From positions 1-20,019 of the forward strand of contig JACPCX010000130.1 of the NCBI GenBank assembly GCA_016184305.1: DNA of 20,019 bases, read 5' to 3'. The notes under the pieces are model-generated. The model made no database searches and had not been told where the DNA came from. It worked only from the letters and a program-made list of their open reading frames with translations. Shown piece by piece: positions 17,437 to 20,019 of this stretch. The position numbers were made by a program, and so were the translations under genes. The stretch is from Candidatus Rokuibacteriota bacterium. GTDB lineage: Bacteria > Methylomirabilota > Methylomirabilia > Rokubacteriales > CSP1-6. Each line of letters starts with the position of its first letter. Position 1 is the first letter of the stretch.

Positions 17437-19016
17437 CACGGACCGTCCGCCTCGCTGTTTTCTCGTTCATCCTCGCCGCGGGCTGGATCCTGCCGCTGCT
17501 GGCCGGCCCAGCGGATGCGGCGCCGCGCGGCGACGCGAAGAAGGGGGAGGCGCTGTACGCCCAGAAGTGCGCCGTCTGCCACGGCGTGACGGGCAAGGGG
17601 GACGGCGTGGCCGAGTTCGTCCTCTTCCCCAAGCCCCGGGATCTCACGAGCGGCAAGTTCAAGATCCGCTCGACGTCGAGCCTGCCCACCGACGACGACG
17701 TCTTCCGGGTCGTCACCCAGGGCATCCCGGGCACCGCCATGCCGTCCTGGACGGTGCTGAGCGATGTCCAGCGCTGGGACCTCGTGGCCTACGTCAAGAG
17801 CCTGTCGCCCGTCTTCGCCCAGCAGAAGGCGCTCAAGCCAGGGCTGATCCCGCCGACCCCGAAGCTGACGCCGGCGCTCCTGGAGACGGGCAAGAAGTTC
17901 TACGCGGAGGCCGAGTGCCTCAAGTGCCACGGCGCCACCGGCAAGGGCGACGGTGAGTCGGCCGACACGCTCAAGGACGAGTGGGGCTACCCCATCGTCC
18001 CCTACGACTTCACCATCGCGGGACGGATGAAGGGCGGCCACTCCGTGCGCGACGTCTACCGGACGCTGCTCAACGGCATCGGCGGCACGCCCATGCCCTC
18101 CTTCGCCGACTCGCTCTCGCCCGAGGAGACCTGGGGGCTCGCCTACTACGTGATGTCGCTGGCGAAGGGCCCGCAGAAGCAGGCGCCGGCCGAGGTGAGC
18201 GCCGTGCGCGTGAAGCGGGTTGCCGGCGACCTGCCGGCCGACCCCGTAGCCCCGGTCTGGACCCGCGCCGCCCTCCAGTCAGTCCCGCTCCGGACGCTGT
18301 GGCTCAGGCCCAAGCAGGCGACGCAGGTGCGGGTGGCGGCGCTCCACAACGGCAAGGAGATCGGCTTCCTTCTCGAGTGGGACGACCCGCTCGCCGACCA
18401 GGCCGCGCTCGGCGTGGACCAGTTCCGTGATGCCGCGGCGGTCCAGCTTCCGGTGCAGCCCACGCAGCTCCACGGGGCGGGCCATCCGGAGCCCAGCTAC
18501 GTCATGGGAGAGCCCGGGAATCCCGTGAACATCTGGCACTGGAAGGCGGACTGGCAGCTCGACGTGGCCCGATACCGCGACCGCGAGGATCGCTACGCCG
18601 CCGTGGCCGTCGACGACATGCCCTTCGTGCGTGGCGTCCGCTCGTCCGACCCGCAGGCCGCCGTCGCGCCCGCCGATACCCACGATCCCCTCTTCCTCAC
18701 CGCGCGAGCCGTCAACAATCCGATGGCGCGGCCCCGTCGCTCCGCGGTGGAGAACATCAACGCCGCGGGCGTCGGCACCATCACCTCCCAGGCCGCCGAG
18801 GCGCAGATCATCAGGGGCGAGGGCCGCTGGGCCGACGGCAAGTGGCGCGTCGTCATGGTGCGCAGCCTCAGGACCGAGAACCCTCGTGATGCGCAGCTCC
18901 AGCCCGGTCAGGACTCGGCCGTGGCCTTCGCCGTCTGGGATGGCGCCCAGCGCGACCGCGACGGCCAGAAGGCCGTCTCGGTATGGCAGCGGCTCCTGCT
19001 CGAGGCCGGCAAGTAG
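17433..19016 (+). CDS. Candidate gamma subunit (NxrC/EbdC-like heme b domain) fused to an N-terminal diheme cytochrome c
   Basis: ATGA overlap with the chaperone; Sec signal peptide; CAVCH and CLKCH; EB_dh-type domain with YVMG...VNIWHWKAD (Met) and AVWDG...GQKAVS (Lys); no C-terminal TM helix. Confidence 0.85.
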   Translation: MTRTVRLAVFSFILAAGWILPLLAGPADAAPRGDAKKGEALYAQKCAVCHGVTGKGDGVAEFVLFPKPRDLTSGKFKIRSTSSLPTDDDVFRVVTQGIPGTAMPSWTVLSDVQRWDLVAYVKSLSPVFAQQKALKPGLIPPTPKLTPALLETGKKFYAEAECLKCHGATGKGDGESADTLKDEWGYPIVPYDFTIAGRMKGGHSVRDVYRTLLNGIGGTPMPSFADSLSPEETWGLAYYVMSLAKGPQKQAPAEVSAVRVKRVAGDLPADPVAPVWTRAALQSVPLRTLWLRPKQATQVRVAALHNGKEIGFLLEWDDPLADQAALGVDQFRDAAAVQLPVQPTQLHGAGHPEPSYVMGEPGNPVNIWHWKADWQLDVARYRDREDRYAAVAVDDMPFVRGVRSSDPQAAVAPADTHDPLFLTARAVNNPMARPRRSAVENINAAGVGTITSQAAEAQIIRGEGRWADGKWRVVMVRSLRTENPRDAQLQPGQDSAVAFAVWDGAQRDRDGQKAVSVWQRLLLEAGK

Positions 19017-19147
19017 TCGCCGGGCCGGAGCCGGGCGGGGGTCCAGTGGGGTCAGGTCTTGCAATCCGACATTCTGGCGTCTTGTCGTAATGCAAGACCT
19101 GACCCCTGCCCCTTCGAGGCGGGCAGGTAGTCGCCGGGCCGGAGCCG
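19000..19147. repeat. 34-bp direct repeat (19000-19033, 19114-19147) flanking a palindromic element
   Basis: TCGAGGCCGGCAAGTAGTCGCCGGGCCGGAGCCG versus TCGAGGCGGGCAGGTAGTCGCCGGGCCGGAGCCG (2 mismatches). Confidence 0.9.
19048..19106. repeat. REP/MITE-like inverted-repeat element
   Basis: Perfect 16-bp inverted repeat GGGGTCAGGTCTTGCA (19048-19063) / TGCAAGACCTGACCCC (19091-19106); inner CGACA/TGTCG pairing extends the hairpin. Confidence 0.85.
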
Positions 19148-19173
19148 CGCCCGGGCCGGGAGGGGGGCAGCCT

Positions 19174-20019
19174 ATGTACCGACACATCTGCGTTCCGGTG
19201 GATAACTCGGAGCATGCCAATCGGGCCATCGACTTGGCGGTGGATCTCGGCCAGGCGTTCGGGGCGAAGCTGACGGGGGTCCACGTCTACGCGGGTCGCC
19301 TCCACGATTCGCGCTTCAAGCAGATGGAGTACACGCTGCCGGAGCGGTACCGGCAGGAGACGGAGCTGGAGCGGCAGCGACAGGTCCACGACTCGCTGAT
19401 CCGGATGGGGCTCCGGCTGATCTCCGACTCCTACCTCGACGCGATCGCGCGCCGGGCCGAGGCGGCCGGGCTCGCGCTGGAGCGCAAGACCTTCGACGGC
19501 AAGCATCACAAGGTCCTGCTGGAGGACGCGCAGCGCTCCGACTACGACCTCGTGGTGATGGGCGCCCTCGGCATGGGCGCGGTCAAGGACAGCCTGCTCG
19601 GGTCGGTCGCCGAGCGCTTCGTCCGGGCGACGACGAAGGACACCCTCGTGGTCAAGACGCTGGACCCGGAGGAGGGGCGGCGCGGGGCCATCGTGGTGGG
19701 GCTGGACGGCAGCCCCCAGTCCTTCCACGGGCTCAGGCTCGGGATCGCGCTGGGCCGGGCGCTGGGCCGTCCGGTGGAGTTGGTGGCCGTCTACGACCCG
19801 TATCTCCACTACGCGCTGTTCAAGAGCATCGTGGGGGTGCTCTCGGCCGAGGCCGCGCAGGTCTTCCGCTTCACGGAGCAGGAGCGGTTGCATGAGGAGA
19901 TCATCGACAGCGGGCTCGCGCGCATCTACCAGTCGCACCTGGACATCGGCCGCCGGCTGGCCGAGGCGGACGGGGTGGAGGTCACGACGACGCTCTTGGC
20001 CGGCAAGTGCTTCGAGAAG
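19174..20019 (+). CDS. Universal stress protein, tandem USP domains (3'-truncated)
   Basis: Read by hand (absent from the ORF track because it has no stop in the window): MYRHICVPVDNSEHANRAIDLA...YDLVVMGALGMGAVKDSLLGSVAERFVR..., then a second domain IVVGLDGSPQSF. SD GGAGGG upstream. Confidence 0.92.
   Translation, partial: MYRHICVPVDNSEHANRAIDLAVDLGQAFGAKLTGVHVYAGRLHDSRFKQMEYTLPERYRQETELERQRQVHDSLIRMGLRLISDSYLDAIARRAEAAGLALERKTFDGKHHKVLLEDAQRSDYDLVVMGALGMGAVKDSLLGSVAERFVRATTKDTLVVKTLDPEEGRRGAIVVGLDGSPQSFHGLRLGIALGRALGRPVELVAVYDPYLHYALFKSIVGVLSAEAAQVFRFTEQERLHEEIIDSGLARIYQSHLDIGRRLAEADGVEVTTTLLAGKCFEK

Overview
High-GC bacterial window; every credible gene is on the + strand. Its core is a periplasmic (Tat-exported) type II DMSO-reductase-family molybdoenzyme of the Nitrospira/anammox nitrite oxidoreductase (NXR) lineage: nxrA, a small conserved-looking ORF, nxrB (apparently frameshifted near 16410), a TorD/DmsD-type chaperone and a gamma-subunit-like protein fused to two c-type cytochrome domains. 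Directly upstream are an Rrf2 regulator with IscR-type Fe-S ligands and an HExxH/CxxC hypothetical protein; downstream is a tandem universal stress protein. The first half holds electron-transfer accessories: a partial cytochrome c, a membrane-anchored triheme/EbdC-like fusion, a membrane protein, a triple PCP_red-repeat protein, and a sigma54-promoter-driven cupredoxin + pentaheme cytochrome followed by a sensor kinase and sigma54 response regulator. Non-coding structure includes four 54-nt repeats (633-909) and a 16-bp inverted-repeat element flanked by a 34-bp duplication of a gene end (19000-19147). Reaction direction (nitrite oxidation vs nitrate reduction) and taxonomy cannot be determined from sequence alone.
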